Source: Minisyncoccota bacterium (GTDB taxonomy: Bacteria; Patescibacteriota; Minisyncoccia; Phycocordibacterales; GCA-2401445). From it: 64,000 nucleotides of DNA. The notes beneath the pieces were generated by a model that saw only the letters and a list, made by a program, of their open reading frames with translations, was not told the DNA's origin and made no database searches. Of the stretch, positions 19,342 to 28,155 are shown piece by piece (position 1 is the first letter of the stretch; every line of letters starts with the position of its first letter). The translations under genes and the position numbers were made by a program. The stretch spans positions 9,086 through 73,085 of the forward strand of contig JBBDJV010000020.1 in the NCBI GenBank assembly GCA_040879725.1, in the 5' to 3' direction.

Positions 19342-19497
19342 CTATCGCTTCTTCTTAGCAGGCTTTCGCTTTGTTGTCTTCTTCGCAGCCTTCTTTTTTG
19401 CAGGCTTTCGCTTTGTTGTTTTCTTAGCCACCTTCTTCTTAGCTGGCTTTCGCTTAGCAACTTTCTTCTTAGTTGCCTTTTTCTTTTTTGCTGGCAT
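19342..19497 (-). CDS. Lys-rich histone-H1-like small basic protein (MPAKKKKATKKKVAKRKPAKKKVAKKTTKRKPAKKKAAKKTTKRKPAKKKR)
   Basis: ATG at 19497, stop at 19342-19344, and a terminator hairpin immediately downstream. It is built from about three imperfect tandem 45-bp DNA repeats encoding (T)KRKPAKKK units. It is in a different frame from the spurious SecA N-terminal extension. Confidence 0.5.
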   Translation of the reverse strand: MPAKKKKATKKKVAKRKPAKKKVAKKTTKRKPAKKKAAKKTTKRKPAKKKR

Positions 19498-19704
19498 GTT
19501 TATTTTTTATTATTGATAACGGAGTGTGTTTTTACTTGTCGACCCTCCTCACCTGAGAAGCCTAAAACGCAAGCAAGCACACTTCTGTATCCTTATTATC
19601 GTACACGGTTGTGTTTGCTTCAATACAAAAAAATATTTTTTTGTGGATAACTTTTTTTCAGAAAAAATTTTTAAAATATTTTTTTGTAAAAAATAAATTT
19701 AATT

Positions 19705-20733
19705 TTATTTTTTTTCTAAAATCACAACTTCTTTTTCAATGTGAATTCCAAAAGTTTCAAAAACTTTTTTCTCAACATGATCAATCAACTTTCGTACATC
19801 ACTTACGGGAGTATTTTTTTCTGCGACAATTACCAACGGTTGTCTTTCGTACAAACGAGCGCCACCAAATGAAAAACCTTTCATGCCAAGTACTTTATCA
19901 AGTAGCCACGCGAGCGACACTTTTACATCGCCATTTTCAAGTTTATATCCCACCATTTCAGGATACTTAGCTTTTAGTTTATTAAATACATCGCCAGAAA
20001 CTACTGGGTTTTTAAAGAAAGAACCAGCTGTACCAATAGTATTTACATCCGGTAGCTTATTTGTCCGAATTGCAATTACCGCATCACGAACCTCAGAGAG
20101 TGTTGGATTTTGTTTATTAAGAAAAAACTTTTCAAGATCAGGATAGGAAGTATTAACAACACCTTGTGAACTGAGTAAAAAAGTAACTTTTGTAACAATA
20201 TAATTTTTTCCTTCTTCTTTTTTAAAAATACTGCTTCGATATCCAAACTGACAATCACTGTTTTTTATTTTCTTTATTTTCTTATCACTTCTATCAAAAA
20301 CTTCAACACTTTCGATTACATCTTTTGCTTCAGCTCCATACGCACCAATGTTCTGCACCGGTGATGCTCCAACAGAACCCGGTATCAAGGAAAGAAGTTC
20401 AAGACCAAACAAATTTTGCTCTACCGTCATTGCTACAAGTGTGTCCCATTCGACACCCGCGCCGACAACTACTCTTTTTCTGTGTGTGTCGACATCTTCA
20501 AATTCAACACCTTGAATATCTATTTTTAAAACAAGCGCATTATATTCTCCATCATCAAAAAGTGTATTTGAACCTCCTCCAAGCAGAATGACCGGAACAC
20601 TCTTTTCTTCTGCAAAATCAAACACCTCCGACAACTCCTCTGTTTGGGTTACCGATACAAAAAAACGAGCAGTACCTCCCACCTTAAACGTAGTATATGT
20701 TGAGAGAGGGACATGCTCGTGTACGTGAATCAT
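19705..20733 (-). CDS. murB: UDP-N-acetylenolpyruvoylglucosamine reductase
   Basis: FAD-binding PCMH domain (FKVGGTARFF...LGGGSN), central SxxxG pattern and a MurB C-terminal domain; 342 aa. Confidence 0.8.
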   Translation of the reverse strand: MIHVHEHVPLSTYTTFKVGGTARFFVSVTQTEELSEVFDFAEEKSVPVILLGGGSNTLFDDGEYNALVLKIDIQGVEFEDVDTHRKRVVVGAGVEWDTLVAMTVEQNLFGLELLSLIPGSVGASPVQNIGAYGAEAKDVIESVEVFDRSDKKIKKIKNSDCQFGYRSSIFKKEEGKNYIVTKVTFLLSSQGVVNTSYPDLEKFFLNKQNPTLSEVRDAVIAIRTNKLPDVNTIGTAGSFFKNPVVSGDVFNKLKAKYPEMVGYKLENGDVKVSLAWLLDKVLGMKGFSFGGARLYERQPLVIVAEKNTPVSDVRKLIDHVEKKVFETFGIHIEKEVVILEKK

Positions 20734-20861
20734 AGTATGAGTATGTTACGTTGCGAAGCGGCCGACGAGGCAAACTCCAAAACAAATGTCTTATGTGAGC
20801 GCAGTCGCCGGCCACTTCGCAAAACAACGTAGATTTATAGTATCACAGCACTAGGAAACAC

Positions 20862-20886
20862 AAAACCCCGCTTGCGCGGGGGTTTA
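20862..20886 (-). terminator. Terminator of the upstream O-antigen-ligase-like gene
   Basis: CCCCGC-TTGC-GCGGGG hairpin followed by a minus-strand TTTTGTGTTT. Confidence 0.6.
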
Positions 20887-20991
20887 TGCAGACATTCGTT
20901 AAGTGTTTACTCTTTGTAAACGCTCACGAATGTATTATAGCAAATCAGATTTTTTTGTCAATAGAGCCGTATTCTCAGCGTTTACTCCCTA

Positions 20992-23232
20992 CTAACGCCG
21001 TAGTGGGTTTCGGCCAGCTTCGATTTCCTCGATGATAAACTCTCCTTCATTCTTGAAATTCGGGTTCAGCTCAACAGCTTTTCGAAGGTCAGCAATAGCG
21101 TTTTGGTTCTGGTCAGTTTCGAGATAACTTCCGGCACGGTACATGTACAACTGAGGGTTGTTAGGGTTCTTAGCAATCTCATTTTCCCAAATAGCAAATA
21201 CTTTGTCATACATTCCCTTCTGAGAATACGCGCGTATCAACCGCTGGTCATATACCAAGTCAGTACCGAAGTGTTCAGTAAGCACCTCTTCTGCTAGTGC
21301 AAACTCATCCGCATAGAGTGCTGAAACCGCATAAATTATTCGGGCAAGCTCATACTCTGGAGCTAGTTCGAATGCTTTTTTGAATTGCGCCAAAGCCTCA
21401 TCGTGCATTCCAGCATTGAGGTAGTTACTTCCCAACTCAAAGATCATTGTTTGCTTTCGTGGAGAGAGCTCAACTGCACGCTGTAGGTACCCGCGCGCTT
21501 CATCGAGAGACCCGAGTGTGTTTAGGTATGAACCGATGAAAATAAAATACCGTGCATCATTTGGTGTTCTCTCTGTTTGTTTTATAAGCTCATTTCGCGC
21601 GAGAGCAAGAAGATTGTTACGTGTATCTTCAGAAACTTGTGAAGACGAACGAACACGGAGCGCCGCTTGCGATATTTGTTCTCGTATCTCTGTTGTTCCG
21701 AAAGACTCATACGAAAGAGCTTTCTCAAAGTTCTCCAAACTTTCCTCTGCCGTGCCACTTTCTGGAGAAAGTGCATTGATAAGTGTCGCGCTCGCATTCA
21801 AAGCTGGAATATTCACAATGTAGAGTGTTGCAATACACGCGACACCGATAACACCCGTAAGTGCGTAGTATGTTTGGTTTTCTTTTATTTCCGGACTATC
21901 TACATGGACAAACTTTCGAGCCGATCCCGCATGTATAAATGCAAAGAGCCCAAAGAGCATCATGTAGCTCACCAAGTTATCAAACACAAAGAGGTTGTGG
22001 AAGAAGTATGCAGTGAGCAAGCCAGTTAGTATTGCACGCTCGTAGACATCGAAATAAAACGTCCTGTCTTCAAGATGTGCCAGTCGTGCAAATCGGTGAC
22101 GCAACCTTTCAAGAAAGTTTGCCGGGACCCATAAGTAGTAGAGCACCGCCACAAAAAGCGACAGGTACGCGAGGAGTCCGAGTATTCCTCCCGCGATCAA
22201 CCAATCAAGAAATACATTGTGTGTGCGGTCAAACCACTGCTCCTGAGCATACATTTGCGGGTGGTAGTATTTGTTGAATACATAATTAAAGTTTTCTTGT
22301 CCCCAGCCCAATACCGGTCGTTCGAGGAACCCTTGCCATGCCATGTTCCACACCAAGAAACGCGCCTTTGTAGTACTTTCTTCAAATGAAATATACGCAA
22401 ATCGGCTAAGTACCGGACTCTGACGTACAAAGTCTGTATTCTTTACCGCCAAAAATCCAAACACCAGCACCGCAGTTGCGACAATAGCACCTACCGAGAA
22501 GAGACGAATCTTTTTATTTGTCTGTCGTGAAATTGCCAAAAGTATAGCCGTCACTCCCACACCTCCTATTAAACCAAGTATCGAACCTCGTGTTGCTGTT
22601 TTGTACAAAATAAAACCTTGTGCAAGTATCGCAATACTATACGCAAAACGAGTCCATTTGACGTTCCAGTTTTGATACATTAAGTACCCGGCAACAAACA
22701 TGTGGAAGAGCATGTAGATAGCGAGATAGGTCGCATTTCCGAGTGTCGCGTCTAGTCGTACACCTCCTTGGTTTATTACGAACTCACCACCTAGCTGACC
22801 AAAGCCATAAAAAACAGTGATGATTGATGCCAAAAGCGACGTATGTAAAAACCTGTTCCACATCTTTTTGGTTTTAAGCATATTCCCCAATACTGTGAAG
22901 TATGCAAAAAGGTGAACAAGAGATACGAAGCCTTCCATACGTTCGTAGTTTGACCAAAAGCTCTTATACGGATATTCACCGAGCGCGTCCGCTACACCTA
23001 TTACCGCAATAAATACGCCAAACAGTACCCATATCCATGAAAACTTCGGTCGAACACTTTTGTCTGTCAGACACAGGATAAGCCAGAGAGCAAAAATAAT
23101 TTCGATTACAATTCTGAAAGTGAAATTCTTACCCGTAATGTACGGAAAGAAGTGCGACCCTGCGACAATTAAGGGAATAAACGGAAGAGCAAAGAGTCCA
23201 GTAAGAATAATAGGCCGAAGTGAATTTTTCAT
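20992..23232 (-). CDS. O-antigen ligase-like (Wzy_C/WaaL/PglL-type) polytopic membrane protein with a C-terminal TPR-repeat domain
   Basis: About 12 TM helices in the N-terminal 450 aa, then TPR-like repeats (AxxxYxxAGxY patterns); 746 aa. Confidence 0.6.
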   Translation of the reverse strand: MKNSLRPIILTGLFALPFIPLIVAGSHFFPYITGKNFTFRIVIEIIFALWLILCLTDKSVRPKFSWIWVLFGVFIAVIGVADALGEYPYKSFWSNYERMEGFVSLVHLFAYFTVLGNMLKTKKMWNRFLHTSLLASIITVFYGFGQLGGEFVINQGGVRLDATLGNATYLAIYMLFHMFVAGYLMYQNWNVKWTRFAYSIAILAQGFILYKTATRGSILGLIGGVGVTAILLAISRQTNKKIRLFSVGAIVATAVLVFGFLAVKNTDFVRQSPVLSRFAYISFEESTTKARFLVWNMAWQGFLERPVLGWGQENFNYVFNKYYHPQMYAQEQWFDRTHNVFLDWLIAGGILGLLAYLSLFVAVLYYLWVPANFLERLRHRFARLAHLEDRTFYFDVYERAILTGLLTAYFFHNLFVFDNLVSYMMLFGLFAFIHAGSARKFVHVDSPEIKENQTYYALTGVIGVACIATLYIVNIPALNASATLINALSPESGTAEESLENFEKALSYESFGTTEIREQISQAALRVRSSSQVSEDTRNNLLALARNELIKQTERTPNDARYFIFIGSYLNTLGSLDEARGYLQRAVELSPRKQTMIFELGSNYLNAGMHDEALAQFKKAFELAPEYELARIIYAVSALYADEFALAEEVLTEHFGTDLVYDQRLIRAYSQKGMYDKVFAIWENEIAKNPNNPQLYMYRAGSYLETDQNQNAIADLRKAVELNPNFKNEGEFIIEEIEAGRNPLRR

Positions 23233-23290
23233 AAAATACGTAAGAAATTAGTATGTGTACAATGGTACCAGAAAGTTTCCCGAAGGGAAA

Positions 23291-23330
23291 GAAATAACCC
23301 GCCAGTCATGTGACTGGCGGGTTATTTCTT
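23291..23330 (-). terminator. Terminator downstream of the neuB-type gene
   Basis: 13-bp stem AACCCGCCAGTCA-TG-TGACTGGCGGGTT followed by ATTTCTTTCC on the minus strand. Confidence 0.55.
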
Positions 23331-23349
23331 GATTAATAGTTTAGTTAAA

Positions 23350-24447
23350 CTACTTCTTCCACCCAAGAGCCTCAACAGGGACTATCACGTCTTCATCTAA
23401 ATCCTTTTCCGCAACCAAGCCATAAAGCTTTTCCATGTCTCGGGGCTTAATACCGGTCCCTGGACCTTTTATCGTAAACATATCTTTTGTGAGTACCTCT
23501 CCCTTTTTTATCACTCGCTTTGTCGCAACACTCTTTGCGAGCTTATCTCGTAGTGGCTTCAATTCTTCATGCATTGTTTTCCCTCCCTTTCCAAGAATTT
23601 TCTCAATACGGCGAATTGAATCAACGAGCTCTTTGAGTTCATGGGGTTCAAGAGACCCTGCATGGTCTGAACCTTTCATCTGCTTATCAAGCGTCAAATG
23701 TCGCTCCACTATAACCGCACCTCGTGATACCGCAGCAAGTGTCGGCAACAAATCTATTTCATGCCCGGAATACCCGACTGGCAGTGGATGAAAAGTCCTT
23801 TTCAGTGTATCCATAAATGCAAGCTCAATCATGTGCTCCGGAGACGGATAAAGTGAAAGACAGTGGAACACAACGACGCGGTTATTGTGCTTAAGTACGG
23901 TACTTACCGCATCTTGTATTTCGTCAAATGTATTCATCCCGGTAGAAATAAGTACCGGCTTATTCTTTTTGGCTATATATTCAAGAAGAGGAATATTTAT
24001 TGTATCGGCAGAAGGCACCTTGTAGGCATCTACATCAAATGACTCGAGAAAATCCGCGCTTCCCTTATCCCACGCACTTGCAAAAAAGAGTACTCCGTTT
24101 TTCTCAGCATACTTCTTCAATTCCCTGTACTGATCTTCATTAAACTCAAGTGCATCTCTGTGGGCTCCGTACGTAGGAGCAAATGCATTTGGAGATGTGT
24201 ATGGTTTATCGAGTCCTTCCTTGGTAAGAATTTCTTTCGTGGTACGCTTTTGAAACTTCACCGCGTCCGCGCCTGAATCACGCGCGACATCAATAAGTTT
24301 TTTTGCAATCTCCATATCGCCGTTGTGGTTAATACCCACTTCGGCAATAACAAACACGGGTTCCCCCGGTCCCACGTATTTTTTACCGATCTTTACTTTT
24401 TCAGGATGCCCGTTTAAAAACTGTTTAATTTTATCGAAAATATTCAT
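23350..24447 (-). CDS. neuB: NeuB-family nonulosonic acid synthase (Neu5Ac or KDN 9-phosphate synthase type) with a C-terminal SAF domain
   Basis: IAEVGINHNGD, KFQK and PSADTINIPLL motifs of the NeuB TIM barrel, plus a C-terminal antifreeze-like domain; 365 aa. Confidence 0.8.
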   Translation of the reverse strand: MNIFDKIKQFLNGHPEKVKIGKKYVGPGEPVFVIAEVGINHNGDMEIAKKLIDVARDSGADAVKFQKRTTKEILTKEGLDKPYTSPNAFAPTYGAHRDALEFNEDQYRELKKYAEKNGVLFFASAWDKGSADFLESFDVDAYKVPSADTINIPLLEYIAKKNKPVLISTGMNTFDEIQDAVSTVLKHNNRVVVFHCLSLYPSPEHMIELAFMDTLKRTFHPLPVGYSGHEIDLLPTLAAVSRGAVIVERHLTLDKQMKGSDHAGSLEPHELKELVDSIRRIEKILGKGGKTMHEELKPLRDKLAKSVATKRVIKKGEVLTKDMFTIKGPGTGIKPRDMEKLYGLVAEKDLDEDVIVPVEALGWKK

Positions 24448-24581
24448 GAATTTATACTACCAGAAACTACTTAAGTATGGAAGAAATATACATCCATACT
24501 CTCAAAATGAGTAGCAAATAATGCTTCTACACTGGAAATTTGAATACTACAGGGCAAATTCATGCCTTAACAAAGCCATTT

Positions 24582-24615
24582 AAATGCGCACGCCGGCGTG
24601 CGCATTTATTTTTAT
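24582..24615 (+). repeat. GC-rich palindromic repeat, copy 2 (core 24586-24603), with a T-run; terminator-like
   Basis: AAATGCGCACGCCGGCGTGCGCATTT followed by ATTTTTAT. The flanking 45 bp (24536-24581) match the flank of copy 3 in inverted orientation. Confidence 0.8.
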
Positions 24616-24703
24616 AGAGGTTTAACCTCGTTTGAAATAACTTAATTCAGAAGTCTTACTATATATCGTAAGAAATGCTTTTTGATCAAAGTAACTCAGT
24701 GGC

Positions 24704-25336
24704 TCAAAATAACCTTTGGTGTACCACTCTAAATTTTCTCCATAACCGATCGAAAAAAATGCGCACGTCCCACGTCCTACTGTTTAGCTTTTTAATGGAA
24801 AATTCTTTTGTCTCCGTATTGTATGTAAGGTGAGTAATTGAACACTCTTCCAATACCGGAAAATGATTTAACTGAAACTCGCGCTTCAAAAACGCACCGA
24901 ATGAAAGCGCGTGTCCGAAAATAATAACAGTCCCCTCTCCTTTTGAAATAGCATCAGCCAACACATTTCTAACTCTCATCCCCGCCATTTCCATTGACTC
25001 ACCAGATGGTGGAATAAAAACAAAGTCATCCATCACCTTCTTTTTCCACTCCTTAAACTCTTGCCCTGTATGACTTGTTGTAGGAGTATATTCGGAAAGC
25101 CTCTCATCTGTCTCAATACTCGCTTTTGGTAATGCAAAACGAGCAGTATCAAATGCGCGTGGAAACGGGCTACTTACTACTGTAGCCGGTAGAAGGTGTT
25201 TTATTCGTCTACCCACCACTTTCGCCTGATGCTTCCCAAGTGGGGACAAAGCTACCGCAGATGCTTCGGGGTACGGGAGATTTTCCCGAGACACTGTTTC
25301 TCCATGACGGATTAAATAGATATCAACTTTATTCAT
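24704..25336 (-). CDS. Histidine phosphatase family protein (phosphoglycerate-mutase-like)
   Basis: N-terminal IYLIRHGET catalytic motif. Confidence 0.65.
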   Translation of the reverse strand: MNKVDIYLIRHGETVSRENLPYPEASAVALSPLGKHQAKVVGRRIKHLLPATVVSSPFPRAFDTARFALPKASIETDERLSEYTPTTSHTGQEFKEWKKKVMDDFVFIPPSGESMEMAGMRVRNVLADAISKGEGTVIIFGHALSFGAFLKREFQLNHFPVLEECSITHLTYNTETKEFSIKKLNSRTWDVRIFFDRLWRKFRVVHQRLF

Positions 25337-25407
25337 ATCTATAGTATGAAGTAAAAATCAGAAAAAAACCACTTCGAATGAAGCTTAGCCCAGCAACACA
25401 AAACTCT

Positions 25408-25980
25408 TTACTTTCTAGAGAGGCTAAGTGGGTCTACGCCTTTTACCTCAAGAAGAATATTGCAAAAATCTCTTATCGCGCCGTCTCCGCCCCGCCTATC
25501 CGTAACAACATGCGCAATATCTTTAATTACCGTTTCCGCCTGCTGTGGAGCAACTGCTATGCCAACCTTTTTCATTATTTCCGCGTCACCCACATCGTCC
25601 CCCATGTACGCGCACTCATCCCAAGAAATACCATTTTCACTAAGCCACCCCTCTATCGCCTCTGTTTTGTTTTTTGCCTTGTCACCAGTAAATACGCCAA
25701 GCGGTTTCCAATCTCCATTAAGTACTGAAGGGAGGTTATTTAACTTCACCCCAAAAGAGTCCATGAGTCCGAGCTTCTCGGTACTTACCAATGCCACCAA
25801 AAGACCTGCGGATCGGATAAGTGAAATACCTTGTCCATCAATATGGCTTCGTGTTGCGGTATACTCTCCCTCCTTTGGTCGTATAGAAACAACTTCAGAA
25901 AAAAATACTCCGTAACTATCAAATACAACCGCTTTGAGGTTTTTGATCTTCTCTTTTACGCTAGGGACTACACTATCCAT
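25408..25980 (-). CDS. HAD-IIIA phosphatase of the KdsC type (candidate nonulosonate 9-phosphate phosphatase)
   Basis: VVFDSYGV (DxD-like motif I context), YMGDDVGD and GGDGAIRD are typical of KdsC/KDN-9-P phosphatases. It sits between the NeuB- and NeuA-type genes. Confidence 0.65.
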   Translation of the reverse strand: MDSVVPSVKEKIKNLKAVVFDSYGVFFSEVVSIRPKEGEYTATRSHIDGQGISLIRSAGLLVALVSTEKLGLMDSFGVKLNNLPSVLNGDWKPLGVFTGDKAKNKTEAIEGWLSENGISWDECAYMGDDVGDAEIMKKVGIAVAPQQAETVIKDIAHVVTDRRGGDGAIRDFCNILLEVKGVDPLSLSRK

Positions 25981-26701
25981 TGTTTTTCTTATTATGCTGA
26001 TCCATTAAATACTCATAGAGATCCCAGTCGTTTGGCTGGTTAATTCCGCTATATGCTTCATCCAACATCATCGGGACCATATTTCCACTCATAACTTTTT
26101 TCTCAAGAATTGTTTTTGCCCATATCGTATCAATGTAGCCAACATGCTTATACGCTTTTGGTAGTGACAACTCTTGTTTGTTATATGCTTCATCATTCCC
26201 TAGTTTTATTAATGGTTCAAGAAAGCCAGTTTCTTCATTTACAGTAAACATTTTATACGGGCTTTGCTCGGGACGAGTAACTGTCCGCACAGAGTCTGCT
26301 TCCGGATGCTTCACCAGTAATTCTATTGAGAGATCCACTTGAGCCACAGTTCTCATAGGAGAAGTCGGACGAAGCTGGACAATAATATCGGGCACATACC
26401 CTTCTCTCTCTTTTAGTTCAGTAAGTGCGTGAAAAAACGCATCGAAATCAGTCGAGCTATCCCCGGCTATTTCAGGTGGTCGCAAAAACGGAACTTCAGC
26501 ACCCAAAGTTTTTGATAATTCTGCAATCTCCTCTGAATCAGTAGAAACGATAGTTCGGTCTATATACTGCGAACCAAGCGCATGCTCTACTGAATACTGC
26601 ATAAGAGGCTTACCACAAAGTGGTTTAATATTTTTCTTCGGAATCCGCTTTGACCCCCCACGAGCGGGGATAATAGCGAGAACGTTTAATTCATTTATCA
26701 T
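25973..26701 (-). CDS. neuA: Acylneuraminate cytidylyltransferase (CMP-nonulosonate synthetase)
   Basis: The IPARGGSKRIPKKN motif is characteristic of the CMP-NeuAc/CMP-KDO synthetase family; 242 aa. Confidence 0.8.
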   Translation of the reverse strand: MINELNVLAIIPARGGSKRIPKKNIKPLCGKPLMQYSVEHALGSQYIDRTIVSTDSEEIAELSKTLGAEVPFLRPPEIAGDSSTDFDAFFHALTELKEREGYVPDIIVQLRPTSPMRTVAQVDLSIELLVKHPEADSVRTVTRPEQSPYKMFTVNEETGFLEPLIKLGNDEAYNKQELSLPKAYKHVGYIDTIWAKTILEKKVMSGNMVPMMLDEAYSGINQPNDWDLYEYLMDQHNKKNNG

Positions 26702-26737
26702 AGCATCACTATAGCATATGCAGTATAACCAAATAAT

Positions 26738-27964
26738 TTACCTATTTAATGCACTGATTTGATTCACAAGCTCTTGTCTACCTGCGTCAATCCGATCCTT
26801 ATCCCACACCTTCTCCTTAATTTCTTCTCGTTGTTTTTGGTACCCATCACTCCCCGCAAGAGTTTTTTCAAGCGCAACAAGTAATTCATCAAAAGTCATT
26901 ACCTTTTCCCCTGGTGTTATATCATCATACTCAAAATACATCTCGCGCATTTCACTCTTATACTTATCCAAATCATATGCAAAGAAAATTGTCGGCCTAT
27001 CCGCAAAAAGAAAATCAAAAAATACAGAAGAATAGTCGGTAATAAGAACATCTGTTTTTTTCATGATTGGGTAAGGATCTGTCGATGTATCCACGAAGTA
27101 AATTCGCTTAAATTCATGGTTACGTTTCTCCTCGTGGTGGAATTTAATAAATAAATAGGCATCGTTTGTTTCTAAAAAGTTTTCCAACTTGTCAAAATCA
27201 ATACCGCTGTCACGAAGTGGGTTTTGTGTACCATCTCTAAATGTCGGCATATAAAAAATAATCTTTGACCCTTTTTCTTTCAGAGAGACTGCCCGAGTAA
27301 GGTTCAACTCATCTGCCCCAACACTGTGCAAGGGATTATCTTCCAACCATATCGCATTTCTAGGGTAATCAGCTTTAATAATTCTATCCTCTGCAAGCCG
27401 TGACGCAGACATAAAGAGAGGATCCCATAACTTTCCTGGTGATAGGAAATAATTTCCAAAGAAAAACCTTTCTGGACTATAGAGAAAATAAATAAACCTT
27501 TTAAACCCTTTCGAAGCATATACAAAATTATCTTTCTTTGTTCTATGAGAGTCATACATAACCTTCTTGAGCATGATAGCATGCCAAAGATTAACTACCT
27601 TTGCGCCACCGGTAAGAAAATAATTTACACCCAATGGATGGCAGTCTGTAATTACAATTTCAGCGCGCATTGTTAACCACCAACCCTTAAGTGAATTCGC
27701 CTTTTCAGAATAAATGTTTAAATTTCGCAATTGAGATACAATTTTCTCTTCCCTACTCAACCATACAGCAGTAATACCTTCCTGTTCTTTAGCGTACAAA
27801 AAAAAGTATTTTGAGTTATCCGCAAACCGCACCCCTCTCCATGAATCAAATATCCATAATCCTTTTTTTCGAGGAATAAAGGTAAATACCCATCTCATTA
27901 TCAATAATGGAATATTGCGAATGGTAGACGGAATTGCTCTGGCCCAATTGATAATTTTTTTCAT
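26738..27964 (-). CDS. TagB/TagF-family CDP-alcohol (glycerol/ribitol)-phosphotransferase
   Basis: C-terminal signature VLITDYSSVFFDFLFADRPTIFFAYDLDKY matches the TagF catalytic region. Confidence 0.7.
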   Translation of the reverse strand: MKKIINWARAIPSTIRNIPLLIMRWVFTFIPRKKGLWIFDSWRGVRFADNSKYFFLYAKEQEGITAVWLSREEKIVSQLRNLNIYSEKANSLKGWWLTMRAEIVITDCHPLGVNYFLTGGAKVVNLWHAIMLKKVMYDSHRTKKDNFVYASKGFKRFIYFLYSPERFFFGNYFLSPGKLWDPLFMSASRLAEDRIIKADYPRNAIWLEDNPLHSVGADELNLTRAVSLKEKGSKIIFYMPTFRDGTQNPLRDSGIDFDKLENFLETNDAYLFIKFHHEEKRNHEFKRIYFVDTSTDPYPIMKKTDVLITDYSSVFFDFLFADRPTIFFAYDLDKYKSEMREMYFEYDDITPGEKVMTFDELLVALEKTLAGSDGYQKQREEIKEKVWDKDRIDAGRQELVNQISALNR

Positions 27965-28155
27965 GTCTACAGTGCAATGTTAACTCTTTTATATTCTCAA
28001 AACTATGGAGAATTGACACCCAATAAAGACTCTTCTGGACAATTATACTCTTGTGTTTGCTATTTGTATAATAAATGCTCGCAAGCAATTACCACCTCAT
28101 CCTATATTTTCAGCCCTTTTTCTACTTAAAAGTAAAGTGTCTCTTTTTATATTTT

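Noticed and set aside
19272-19460. The ORF track extends SecA upstream to a TTG at 19460 (N-terminal ...QQSESLQKRRLRRRQQSESLL...)
   Set aside because: The extension reads the Lys-rich gene's tandem repeats in the wrong frame and runs across a strong terminator hairpin (19297-19334). The conserved SecA N-terminus MAGLFAKIFG starts at the ATG 19271.
24323-24514. 63-aa plus-strand ORF spanning the neuB start region
   Set aside because: It overlaps the neuB 5' end antisense, has no SD and gives a hydrophobic, meaningless translation.
24759-24785. AAAAAAATGCGCACGTCCCACGTCC inside the histidine-phosphatase CDS, partially resembling the GC-palindrome repeat
   Set aside because: Only the first 11 nt match. 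It has no palindromic partner arm and no shared flank, so it is most likely coincidental.
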